Shown here: piece after piece, positions 9,662 to 19,008 of the stretch
How the letters are laid out: each line of letters opens with the position of its first letter
How positions within the stretch are numbered: the first letter of the stretch is position 1
Virus record (IMG/VR): IMGVR_UViG_3300005805_004847
Location: 1 to 25,796 of that record
Direction: 5' to 3' (one strand)
Origin: a virus
Taxonomy: Duplodnaviria > Caudoviricetes
DNA length: 25,796 bases
Translations under genes and position numbers: made by a program
Notes under the pieces: model-generated
Told to the model about the DNA's origin: nothing
The model's input: only the letters and a program-made list of their open reading frames with translations
Databases searched by the model: none

Positions 9662-11342
9662 CGATTATCGGGTCTACTACCACATCAGGGTATAATTGGG
9701 TTATGTCAAATGACGCACCTTCTGGATACAACCTAAATTGTAAATTATCAAAAGGATAATGAGTTTCGTTCAAAAAAGGATAATCAACACCCCTTTCCAA
9801 ACTATCTATATAACCATAAGTATATATCTCCCTCCAAATCCATTGCTGTAAGTTGTTAGAAAAATATGCCCATGCTGGTACATCCTCAACCAAATTGTTA
9901 CTCGCAGTCTCCAAATAACTTGAGAAAACCTTTAATGTTATTGGATTATGTACCTGATAGTAATAACCATTTGGATTTGTTGCGGCTGTGGTTGGAACCG
10001 TAAAACCTTTTTGATAATACGTTAATTTTTGCATGTAAGGTGAAATAACTCTCTCGGTTTGTGTGATTTCATTCCATTCACACCAATCACCATACATCGT
10101 GTCACCACTTGTTCTTGGTAAGTTTACCGTAAAGTTATAAACCTGATTTCCTTGAGTACGAGTGTATCCCGTAATATCATTTGTTTCTAACGAATCATTA
10201 TTTGTTGTTGACCACCACTGATTTGTTTTACCAGGTAACATATTGAACTTCCAACCTCTTCGTAATTGATTGAACCAACCCATGTATCCCACATATTGAA
10301 ACGTTGCGAAAATTTGGGTCAAAGGTTTTTTGTTGTTGTCCTGTTGATTAATAACACTCAAATCGTGAGCCAAGGTAACATTATAAGTTTTTGAACTTTG
10401 ATACGCACTTACCCTACCAATCTTATTTGGTGTTAATGATGAAAATTGATACACACCCTCATCGTTGAATGAGTTTAATTCAAAACCATTCATAGTAATA
10501 ATTGAATCGTGGGGGTCTGTAATAATCTTATGTATTCTTACATAATATCTTGATTTAGTTTCACCACTATTATTAACATCAATAATTCTTTTGAACACAC
10601 CTGTTACACCAGTATTAAATGTTGTACCTGTAAATCCAACGTTGGCTAAATTGAATGTGTTCGCATCTGAACCTAAAGTTCCATTTCCTAAACTATAAAC
10701 TTGGAATGTGTTTACATCATTGTATGTAAATGGTAATTCAACATATTCACCTTCTAACAATCCGTGTTCAACAGGACAATTAAATTGGACTACAGGTAAT
10801 CCTCTCTCACTACCTAAAACAATATAAAAAGGAATTCCATCTCCCGATTTCCACGGGTTAATTGACGTTCCATTTTCAAAGAAATATTGCATCGGGACAT
10901 TGTAGTCATTTTCATATGGATATGACATAACAATATTCCAATTATAACTTGAAGCACTTTTAGTTACAAAAGGTATTTGTTTGTTATCAATATCAGTTCT
11001 AATAAACTCAAATTCTTGATATGTTGGGAGTCCACTCCAACTTCCGTTAATAACAGAAATTTCAGGATTAATATAAACTAACGAATTTTTATATACATCA
11101 TAATCGGTATAACCAACTAAATTGTTTTCGTAAAGATAAGAAATTTTAATGGTAGGTCTAAAGGTTGTTGATTTTTGTCTTTCACCATCAAAAACCGTAA
11201 TTAAGTTTAAAGAAACAGTCCTATCATAATCCACAACCTCAGATTGTGTTTGTAATAACTCGGTTTGAATACCAATATCAGTATTCGGTGCCGCCTTATA
11301 TTGTAAGTCAGGTTTAACGATTAAATAACTACTAACACTCAT
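9648..11342 (-). CDS. Hypothetical structural protein
   Basis: 564-aa aromatic/Asn/Thr-rich ORF within the baseplate operon. Confidence 0.7.
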   Translation of the reverse strand: MSVSSYLIVKPDLQYKAAPNTDIGIQTELLQTQSEVVDYDRTVSLNLITVFDGERQKSTTFRPTIKISYLYENNLVGYTDYDVYKNSLVYINPEISVINGSWSGLPTYQEFEFIRTDIDNKQIPFVTKSASSYNWNIVMSYPYENDYNVPMQYFFENGTSINPWKSGDGIPFYIVLGSERGLPVVQFNCPVEHGLLEGEYVELPFTYNDVNTFQVYSLGNGTLGSDANTFNLANVGFTGTTFNTGVTGVFKRIIDVNNSGETKSRYYVRIHKIITDPHDSIITMNGFELNSFNDEGVYQFSSLTPNKIGRVSAYQSSKTYNVTLAHDLSVINQQDNNKKPLTQIFATFQYVGYMGWFNQLRRGWKFNMLPGKTNQWWSTTNNDSLETNDITGYTRTQGNQVYNFTVNLPRTSGDTMYGDWCEWNEITQTERVISPYMQKLTYYQKGFTVPTTAATNPNGYYYQVHNPITLKVFSSYLETASNNLVEDVPAWAYFSNNLQQWIWREIYTYGYIDSLERGVDYPFLNETHYPFDNLQFRLYPEGASFDITQLYPDVVVDPIIDGCE

Positions 11343-11343
11343 C

Positions 11344-14300
11344 TTAAATACCTATATATGTTTGAGAAAATTTATCTATAGCAGACCTTCCTTTTTTCAA
11401 TCCAAAATAAAAATACCAAGGAGCACTAACAATAGTTTTTTGGTTATTTGGAACACTAGCGTTTTTGGCAATATACTCACCTTTAACATTTCTTTGGAAG
11501 ATATAACCTTTTCTATTTTGTATCAAACCTGAACTATCCAAAAACATTGGTGTTTTTAATCTATCTAAACTTTGGTAGTTTTGTTTAAAAAATGGTCTAC
11601 TATCTTCACCTGTTTCCCAATTGTTTTCTCGAGTACCAAATATAGTCAACCCACCATTATCCCATGTTTGGTTCACCCAACCATAATATGGAACTTGTTG
11701 GGATTTTGTACCCAAATCATCCGAGATTAGTGTTGAACCAGTTAAGTTTCTATCAAGTCTTCTTGGTGAAATAACGTCTCTATCTTCACTTGAACCACTG
11801 TAAAAAATACCAAACACGGGAGAAAATAACGAACCAAGAGTATTTCCAGCGCCAACATATACAGGATTGTTTAACGGGTTTGTTGGGTCGTCTACGTAGT
11901 TTTCCGCATCATATGGTGTTACACCATATTGAGAATTAATTTGTAACATTTGTGCATAATCACCGTCAACCTTTTCTTCTCCGTTTCTATTGAAAAAACC
12001 AAATTGTTCATTTCCTGCGGTAGAACCTGGTATTAACTGTAAAAGGAATGATTCGTTTGTTAACCTTGAAAGTACTAACAATTGATTCAAACCACTAACA
12101 TCGTTCCATGATGTCGAACTAAGTTTGTTCATTTGATATCCATAGTAATTTGGTGAAAGTGTAACATACTTTGACCAATCATATTTTGGACCCATATCCA
12201 AAATAGTTGTTGGATATAATAAATTCTTAACATGTTTACTTTGATTATCACCAGTTTTACCAATAAATTGTTTTGAGACATTATTCCATGGACTTGAGCG
12301 ATAATATGGGTTATTTGAATTTGGGTCAAATACAACCACATCAGAACAATAACCATACGTAACTTTGCTATTAGCAACTTTTCTACCAAACGTTAAATTA
12401 TCCCCACCAATTTTTGTTAAAACAGGAAACGCAAATAATGTCCCATTTACCCACGAATTAACAAATGTTTGTGCGACAAGTCCTTGACAAATACCATATG
12501 TTGACAAATATCTGGCTTGCCATTGTAAATATAAATCAAAATCATTGTTCCTACCAAATAAAGATATAATTGGTTTGTTTACTAATACATAACACCCTCT
12601 AACAACTGTTTTATTTCCGCCTGAATTGGTGTTACATGGATTATCGGATGGTCTAACACTAAAGTTAGTTCCATAACCATTATAACAATATAAATTTACC
12701 ATATTATCACAGGTAAATGTATTAGCTACAGAATTAAACGTACCACCAGTTTCATTGTCCGGTATTCCTGATGGGTCACCATAATCAAATGATGGTGGTG
12801 TTACAGTTGTTTCTGATTGACCGTCTTCATCATACAATGTATAAGGTAATGTATTTGATGCTTGCCACGCAAAATTATTATTTATACTTTCATCTGGATT
12901 GTCTGAAATTACAGTATCAGGAATTGTTCCAACAGGAAGTCTGTCAGACCTCATAACCAATTTTTGACTGTAAATAACCATCGGTTTTGAAGTAAACGGA
13001 GGTGTATTAAAACTAGCCCAAGAAGGTGCAAAATATAAAGATGGTCTAACACCATTATTGTTATCACCATTAACAGGTTTTATGTTATTAAGACCACCAG
13101 TAGGAAGATAAGCAATAAAAGAACCACCATCAATATATTCACCCGCTCTATATCCTACACCAATAGGTGTGTTTTTATTAACAATCAATTGGTTTGAACT
13201 ACCTTTTGAAACCATTGCAGTTGTTAATAAAGTGTCGGGGTCATTACTATTAATTTTGTATTTATTTACTTGTGAATAATCTAAAGACGAATAATATGAT
13301 TGTAATGTGGTCGTATAAACAGAATAATCAGTTCCCGCAGTGTAAGTGAATGATGGGAAATACAAATAACCATTATTGTTAATTTGTAAATTATCTGATA
13401 ATTCATTATGATTTACCGTTTGTAATTGTGGTTGTACAGGAATGTTTAAATAAAAACTACCTTCAACTATCTTGGTTCCAAAATTATTATAACCAAAAAT
13501 TCTTGATAAATCGTATTTAATTGTTTTTCTACCACTCTGAGGGTCAACACCTCTAACCATGAAAATAATACTTATCTCACCACCATTCCATTGTGAAAGA
13601 TAATTGTCGTACAACTCAGCACCCTCTTTACCATCTTCTCTAAATAATTTAATAGGTTGACTTAATTGACTATATAAACTGTCGTTAAATACCAAACTTG
13701 TATTTGGTGGTGGTGTACATGGTGTTTGAAACTCAATTGTAAACGGAGATGTTGATGTTATACTATTTTCACAAGCACATATAACAATTTGAACTTGTGT
13801 TGTTGTCATAACCGTGGAACCTGGAGTTCCATCGTAAAGAGTATAATCAAACGTAATTGGTCCAATAGCACCTGAAGCCCTTTTAACAGTATATTGTATA
13901 TAATTACATACCGAAACTGCCGGTTGAAACATAGCATTTTGAGAAACAAACTCATTATATGTTAAACCAGTAATTACTTGAAAATATTCTATATCAGTAG
14001 CGAACTTATAGTTTTTTGTAATTACCTTTGTTGGGTCTCCATTCAAATTATATGTCACCGATTGAGATGTATTTGAATTTGTTGGGTCAGCATAATTAAC
14101 AACAATTGTTTTACCCTCAATAGTTTTTCCTGTAATTCCTGTTGTGTTACCTACCGTAAAACCACTTACGTTGGGGTCAGTTGAAAGAGTTGGTTGTTGG
14201 AATGAAATAAGTTGACCCGATTTGAAAAATGTTTGGGTGTCGGGGTCAACAATAACCGCCATAATATTATCGTAGTGAAAAGTATTTGGGTTGTATTTTG

Positions 14301-16422
14301 GTTCTATTTGTGTTTTTATTCTGTTAGAACCAGGATAGACATCACTATCAAAATACTTTGATTTTAAGTTAAACTTATTTATTACTTCCCAAGGTGGTAA
14401 ATTATTTATAAAATCATAATCATTCTTGGTTGGTTTAGTTATTGGAACTCGTACTGAATCCCCAAAAAATTTCTCACCAGCACCGGCAAAAGTTTCATTC
14501 CATTCAGGAATATCATTAGCCCAAGAATCAAATAAAAAGAAGTCAGCATTTAACGATGTTGAATTTTGAGCAGATGCTTGTTGTATTGATAGAATTTCAT
14601 CATCATCCGTAGGTATTAGTTCTGGTGAACACTCACATGGTTCACAGTTAGGATATGATAAATTTGGTAATGTAAATTTATAAAAAGGGTTCGTTAGTTG
14701 TCCATATATGTTTGCCAAATTAGCAGGTTTTGGACATTTGAGTTGGTTTTTATTACTTCGGAATAAATTAATTGCTTGACATATAACATATATAATTCCT
14801 AAAAGGGTACCATACACAAAAGCGATAATTGGTCTAATAATAGCCCAAACTATTGTAAGAACATGTAGTACAACAATTAACGCTAAAAAGACATAGGTAA
14901 AAATTGGAAAAATAAACTGTCTTAAAAAGGTATATCCAAAGTTAGCGTCTCGTATGGCATCAGTTGCCGGAAATCTATTATTTTCACTGATACATTCTGA
15001 GTTAGTAATATCTTTAATACCAATAAAACTTTTTCTATTGGCACCTTTTCTCCACTCATCAATGTGGCTTGCAACTGTGTAAACTTTATTGTATTGATAT
15101 TCGTAAAAAGTATCTGTACAAGCAACCGCAGCACTTGGGTTTGTATATCCACTCCAATCTAAACCAAAATAGTAAGAACCAAGAAGTTGTTTGTATTGTG
15201 GACTATTAACATCTAACGAGTATATAGGGTCTTCGTCAGAATCAGTCCAACCATATTCTTTAATATTAGGAACTAAAAAATGTGCCCTCTTTACGGTTTT
15301 TTCCGCATCGACTGGCTGAGTATATTTTATTTTAAATCTATACTTACCTTTTGTAGGAATACCAACAGATGGGTCAGGACTCAAAATTTGTTCACCAAAT
15401 TCATTCGTTGTAACGTAGTCCAAATTCATTGGGACATCCATTACCCACGTACCATCCTCATCAATAACTTTTCCACCCTGTGGTAAAACCGCTTGTTCTA
15501 ATATTGGATATCCGTCATTATCATTAAATATTGTTTGTCTGATACCAATAATTTCACCAGGTCCTGTACTCAAATTACACAAACCACCCAAGTCTTTATT
15601 TGGTCTACAATTAGTACGAAGACTTTCTTCATCGTTATTAGTTAACAATGAACCCATAAAAATCGCGGTTGGTTCAATAGTAATTCCCGCAGTCCTTAAA
15701 TCAAAATCATGACGAGAAATATTGATTTGACAAATTTCAGGTTGCCCCCAAAATGGTTCAACATTCACTGTCTCACTAAATGAAACAATTTGTGGCAATT
15801 CATAAAGGTTAGTAGACGATTTAAAACTTGCTCCGTCAACTTGGTCTTCAGTGGCTCGACCCATACGAATTAAATCTTGTGGAGATAATGAGAACGGTCC
15901 AATATCCGACAAATCTAAATCCATGAATATTGTGTAGGAACCTAATGGAACCCCCATTATCATGTAGTCACCACTACCATTGGTTTTGACTGTAAATCTA
16001 TAGTACTTATCATAGATTTCAATCAATGCGGGATTTGTTAATACATCATTTCTTGATGGGAATGTACCAGTTGCAACGTGACCAGGATATTGTGGTTCGT
16101 AAGGTAATAGATTATACCTATAACCATCTTCATTTAAACCTTCAACACTTGAGTAAGGATAAAGAATTTGTGTTATATCATTATTTTGGTCTTCAGCAGT
16201 TATAGGTATGAATACCGAAACTTTTGCATTTGGAATACCATAACCACCATTGGCTGTAACACGACCAACAACAACACCATAGTCGGCACACATTCTTGTG
16301 TAGACATCGTCAGCTCTTACCTTTAAAGATAAAATTTCTAATTGTTCAAAATCTTGGTTTAATTGAACATTGATTTGTTTGTCAACCCCAACCTGTGTTC
16401 GTAATCTAATAGTTTCAGGCAT
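11344..16422 (-). CDS. Large baseplate/tail-associated protein with an N-terminal carboxypeptidase-regulatory-like beta domain and an internal transmembrane hairpin
   Basis: GVVVGRVTANGGYGIPNAKVSV and TVKTNGSGDYMIMGVPLGSYTI suggest a transthyretin/Cna-B-like fold; a 52-aa hydrophobic segment is followed by CEPCEC. Confidence 0.7.
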   Translation of the reverse strand: MPETIRLRTQVGVDKQINVQLNQDFEQLEILSLKVRADDVYTRMCADYGVVVGRVTANGGYGIPNAKVSVFIPITAEDQNNDITQILYPYSSVEGLNEDGYRYNLLPYEPQYPGHVATGTFPSRNDVLTNPALIEIYDKYYRFTVKTNGSGDYMIMGVPLGSYTIFMDLDLSDIGPFSLSPQDLIRMGRATEDQVDGASFKSSTNLYELPQIVSFSETVNVEPFWGQPEICQINISRHDFDLRTAGITIEPTAIFMGSLLTNNDEESLRTNCRPNKDLGGLCNLSTGPGEIIGIRQTIFNDNDGYPILEQAVLPQGGKVIDEDGTWVMDVPMNLDYVTTNEFGEQILSPDPSVGIPTKGKYRFKIKYTQPVDAEKTVKRAHFLVPNIKEYGWTDSDEDPIYSLDVNSPQYKQLLGSYYFGLDWSGYTNPSAAVACTDTFYEYQYNKVYTVASHIDEWRKGANRKSFIGIKDITNSECISENNRFPATDAIRDANFGYTFLRQFIFPIFTYVFLALIVVLHVLTIVWAIIRPIIAFVYGTLLGIIYVICQAINLFRSNKNQLKCPKPANLANIYGQLTNPFYKFTLPNLSYPNCEPCECSPELIPTDDDEILSIQQASAQNSTSLNADFFLFDSWANDIPEWNETFAGAGEKFFGDSVRVPITKPTKNDYDFINNLPPWEVINKFNLKSKYFDSDVYPGSNRIKTQIEPKYNPNTFHYDNIMAVIVDPDTQTFFKSGQLISFQQPTLSTDPNVSGFTVGNTTGITGKTIEGKTIVVNYADPTNSNTSQSVTYNLNGDPTKVITKNYKFATDIEYFQVITGLTYNEFVSQNAMFQPAVSVCNYIQYTVKRASGAIGPITFDYTLYDGTPGSTVMTTTQVQIVICACENSITSTSPFTIEFQTPCTPPPNTSLVFNDSLYSQLSQPIKLFREDGKEGAELYDNYLSQWNGGEISIIFMVRGVDPQSGRKTIKYDLSRIFGYNNFGTKIVEGSFYLNIPVQPQLQTVNHNELSDNLQINNNGYLYFPSFTYTAGTDYSVYTTTLQSYYSSLDYSQVNKYKINSNDPDTLLTTAMVSKGSSNQLIVNKNTPIGVGYRAGEYIDGGSFIAYLPTGGLNNIKPVNGDNNNGVRPSLYFAPSWASFNTPPFTSKPMVIYSQKLVMRSDRLPVGTIPDTVISDNPDESINNNFAWQASNTLPYTLYDEDGQSETTVTPPSFDYGDPSGIPDNETGGTFNSVANTFTCDNMVNLYCYNGYGTNFSVRPSDNPCNTNSGGNKTVVRGCYVLVNKPIISLFGRNNDFDLYLQWQARYLSTYGICQGLVAQTFVNSWVNGTLFAFPVLTKIGGDNLTFGRKVANSKVTYGYCSDVVVFDPNSNNPYYRSSPWNNVSKQFIGKTGDNQSKHVKNLLYPTTILDMGPKYDWSKYVTLSPNYYGYQMNKLSSTSWNDVSGLNQLLVLSRLTNESFLLQLIPGSTAGNEQFGFFNRNGEEKVDGDYAQMLQINSQYGVTPYDAENYVDDPTNPLNNPVYVGAGNTLGSLFSPVFGIFYSGSSEDRDVISPRRLDRNLTGSTLISDDLGTKSQQVPYYGWVNQTWDNGGLTIFGTRENNWETGEDSRPFFKQNYQSLDRLKTPMFLDSSGLIQNRKGYIFQRNVKGEYIAKNASVPNNQKTIVSAPWYFYFGLKKGRSAIDKFSQTYIGI

Positions 16423-16497
16423 TTGTTAGTATTTCTTTGATAAATAGTTTATTGGCTATTTTTCAAAGGATAGTCATTGATTTAATAAAATAAATCA

Positions 16498-18339
16498 TCA
16501 GCTAAAATTAGTAGTTTGATAGTTCTTAACTCTTACCACAATGTCTTTAGATGGGAATCTGATTTGATAGATTTGGTTTGGTTGAGCAAATATTGTATTG
16601 TCAGTCAATGAGATTTGTTTTGTTAAATTATTTGAATATGGCATTGATGTTTCAGCCGAGCTGTATTGTCCACCAACTTTACCAAATACAGAAATATCCG
16701 TAACACTGACAACTCCGTTTTCCTCTTGGATTAAACGATTCAATTCTGATAACAAAATGTTTTGTCCTAATCCTCTTACCGCAGAACTAAAGAATGTTGT
16801 AGTTCTATCAATAATGTTTGAAATAACAACCCCTTGATTTTGACTTGAATCTAAAACCACAGAAATATCTAAACCTAAATCAATAACTTGAGCACTTCCT
16901 ACTGTTACATAGTCATTAATCATTCTGTAATTTGAAAGATATTCAGCAATATTATATTTTAATGTTTGTGACACATCTGATGTTAAGTTACCTGTCGAAT
17001 CGTAAGATAATATCTGAACATTTATTTTGTTGTTATTTTCTGTGATGGCAACTTTTGCCGGTGCTCCAAACTCTCCTGGCATGTTTCTGATAACCGCTTC
17101 GTAGTCACTGATGGTTACCGCTCTGTTTTGTGCCGCAAAGTTAAAGGTAACATAGTTTCTAACCTCTTCTGTTGACGGATACCCCGCACCACCGATTGAT
17201 GCTGTTACGTTATTACACGCCAATGAATTAATAACCTGATTGTTAATAATGTCAGATGGTCCAACAATTGAGAAATCAACCGCACCAATTTGGTTAATTA
17301 CATTCACACCCAAGTTTGTTGCAATACCACCACCAATACGATATTGAATAAACATTGTTGTATTTGCCTGTGGTGTATTACCTAAAGACATTGAGTTGTT
17401 TTGGTATCTTTGAATTTTTAACGGAACATCTAAAGTAGTGAATTGTCTTAATTGGTCTTCAGCAGTGTTTGTTCCTCCACCGAATGTTATTTTCAAGAAA
17501 CCTTCAGGTGTATATTCAGTTATAAATCTATCTTGAGTTTCAATGTACGTCCCAACTTTAATTGCCGGGTCATCAGATGGCTTTGATGGGTCAGGAATAA
17601 ACACTCTACTTTCAGCCAATGCTGGTACTTCATACCATCTACCATTTGGACTTAAAAATTCTTGAGCCGTTGGTACGTTTGAATATGCGGTTCCTTCTCT
17701 TTGTATGATTGCTGTTACACCCAACACGTTTTTTTCAGGTAAGAAAAATTCAAAGAATGGTCTAACATCGTTTGGAGTTATAACTCTTTTGAATACCTTT
17801 GTAATACCGTTAACAACTGTTTCTCTTTTAGTAATTGTATAATTCAACAGGTTACCATTAGAATCAAAGTTTGGTATTTTTAATCTGTTTGGGAAACCTT
17901 CATTGTTGAATGGTGATGCAAAGTTCACATCATATACCGTCTCAAATACTTGTCCTGAACCGTTAACTTGAGAACCACGTCTTAAAATACCCAAATATCT
18001 TTCATCTTCTTTATCACCAAAGGCTGGAACTGTAATTGAGAAATCAACCAAAGCAACTGATGGTCTTTGACCAGGTATTTTCAAACCATACGTTCTTGCA
18101 ATGTTATATACTGAAGAACGTTGTTGGGCGTATTGTAAAACGGTTTCTTGAATACTTCTATCAATGTGATAGTGTAAGTTATCGGCAACCGCCGCGTTCA
18201 AATCCAAGAAAACTGAGAAAACTGACGCATCATTAAAATTGTCAATTAAGTCAGGATAGTAAGTTTTGGTATAATTAATAAGTTCTTGTCGGATTGCCGC
18301 AAAGTCCCTAACCGTATATGAAATTTTCTGTTGTGCCAT
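16498..18339 (-). CDS. Baseplate wedge subunit, T4 gp6 / baseplate J-like
   Basis: N-terminal RDFAAIRQELINY, AQQRSSVYNIARTYG, ITFGGG, YRIGGG and AQNRAVTISDYE motifs are typical of gp6-like proteins; adjacent to gp25. Confidence 0.85.
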   Translation of the reverse strand: MAQQKISYTVRDFAAIRQELINYTKTYYPDLIDNFNDASVFSVFLDLNAAVADNLHYHIDRSIQETVLQYAQQRSSVYNIARTYGLKIPGQRPSVALVDFSITVPAFGDKEDERYLGILRRGSQVNGSGQVFETVYDVNFASPFNNEGFPNRLKIPNFDSNGNLLNYTITKRETVVNGITKVFKRVITPNDVRPFFEFFLPEKNVLGVTAIIQREGTAYSNVPTAQEFLSPNGRWYEVPALAESRVFIPDPSKPSDDPAIKVGTYIETQDRFITEYTPEGFLKITFGGGTNTAEDQLRQFTTLDVPLKIQRYQNNSMSLGNTPQANTTMFIQYRIGGGIATNLGVNVINQIGAVDFSIVGPSDIINNQVINSLACNNVTASIGGAGYPSTEEVRNYVTFNFAAQNRAVTISDYEAVIRNMPGEFGAPAKVAITENNNKINVQILSYDSTGNLTSDVSQTLKYNIAEYLSNYRMINDYVTVGSAQVIDLGLDISVVLDSSQNQGVVISNIIDRTTTFFSSAVRGLGQNILLSELNRLIQEENGVVSVTDISVFGKVGGQYSSAETSMPYSNNLTKQISLTDNTIFAQPNQIYQIRFPSKDIVVRVKNYQTTNFS

Positions 18340-18344
18340 TTATG

Positions 18345-18803
18345 TTAAATATTGATGATAATAAAATCTTTTGTATTGAAAACGTCATTTGAAATTGCAT
18401 AATCAATTCTGACCTTTGCAGTATATTCAGAAACATCAGCGTTTGTTATATTTAATTCTGAGGTTACGTTTCCTTCAGTTGTTGGTGTTAATGTTGCCGC
18501 TTCCGATGTTGGTGCTGTAATGGTGATGTTTGTTAATTGTAATTGTGGCATAAACCTCTCAACAGAATCCCTAATCTCAGCCTCAATATTCTGAAATGTT
18601 GGTCCATCCAAAGGGTCAAAAACAAATTCATATAACCTTGTTCCAAAATCAGGTAAAAAATATCTTGAACCTTTTCTAGTTAAAATTAAATGAATTAAAT
18701 CTGTTCGGATTTCTTCCGCAGCATAATCCGTTAAATCCAAATATTTTCCATCAAAAGAATCTACAAACGGGAAACTTATTCCATATGTTTTACCTTCAGC
18801 CAT
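18345..18803 (-). CDS. Baseplate protein, T4 gp25 / GPW-like (sheath initiator)
   Basis: GISFPF...IRTDLIHLILTRKGSRYFLPDFGTRLYEFVFDP is the GPW_gp25 signature. Confidence 0.9.
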   Translation of the reverse strand: MAEGKTYGISFPFVDSFDGKYLDLTDYAAEEIRTDLIHLILTRKGSRYFLPDFGTRLYEFVFDPLDGPTFQNIEAEIRDSVERFMPQLQLTNITITAPTSEAATLTPTTEGNVTSELNITNADVSEYTAKVRIDYAISNDVFNTKDFIIINI

Positions 18804-19008
18804 TATCTATAAATATAGTTGTGTTCCCTTTTTTGTGAGCAGGAAAATACGGACAATGACGACAACCATTTCCACAACAATAACCACGAATCAAATGGAA
18901 TTCTTTTGTGAACACATATTTCCCATTTTCAATATAAAAAGAAGAAGGGGAAAGTTGTTCACTTTCCCCCTCCGTAGATGTTTTTATATCTTTCTTATTT
19001 AATTTCAC
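18796..19008 (-). CDS. Small Cys-rich protein, DUF5522-like
   Basis: FYIENGKYVFTKEFHLIRGYCCGNGCRHCPY. The likely start is GTG at 19008, overlapping the nrdJ end (the track gives 19038); the stop overlaps the gp25 start. Confidence 0.7.
   Translation of the reverse strand: MKLNKKDIKTSTEGESEQLSPSSFYIENGKYVFTKEFHLIRGYCCGNGCRHCPYFPAHKKGNTTIFIDNG
18935..18973 (-). terminator. Intrinsic terminator downstream of nrdJ, inside the DUF5522-like ORF
   Basis: The minus strand reads GGAGGGGGAAAGU-GAACA-ACUUUCCCCUUCU-UCUUUUU: a 9-bp perfect stem (18947-55 / 18961-69) with a GU extension and a U tract. Confidence 0.7.

Noticed and set aside
16441-16497. Short inverted repeats in the gp6 / 1692-aa intergenic region (tgattta-ataaaa-taaatca)
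   Set aside because: AT-rich 7-bp stem; too weak to call a terminator.
16498-18803. Bacterial contractile injection system (eCIS/T6SS) instead of phage
   Set aside because: The baseplate genes are contiguous with phage-type SSB, recombinase, helicase and RNR genes.
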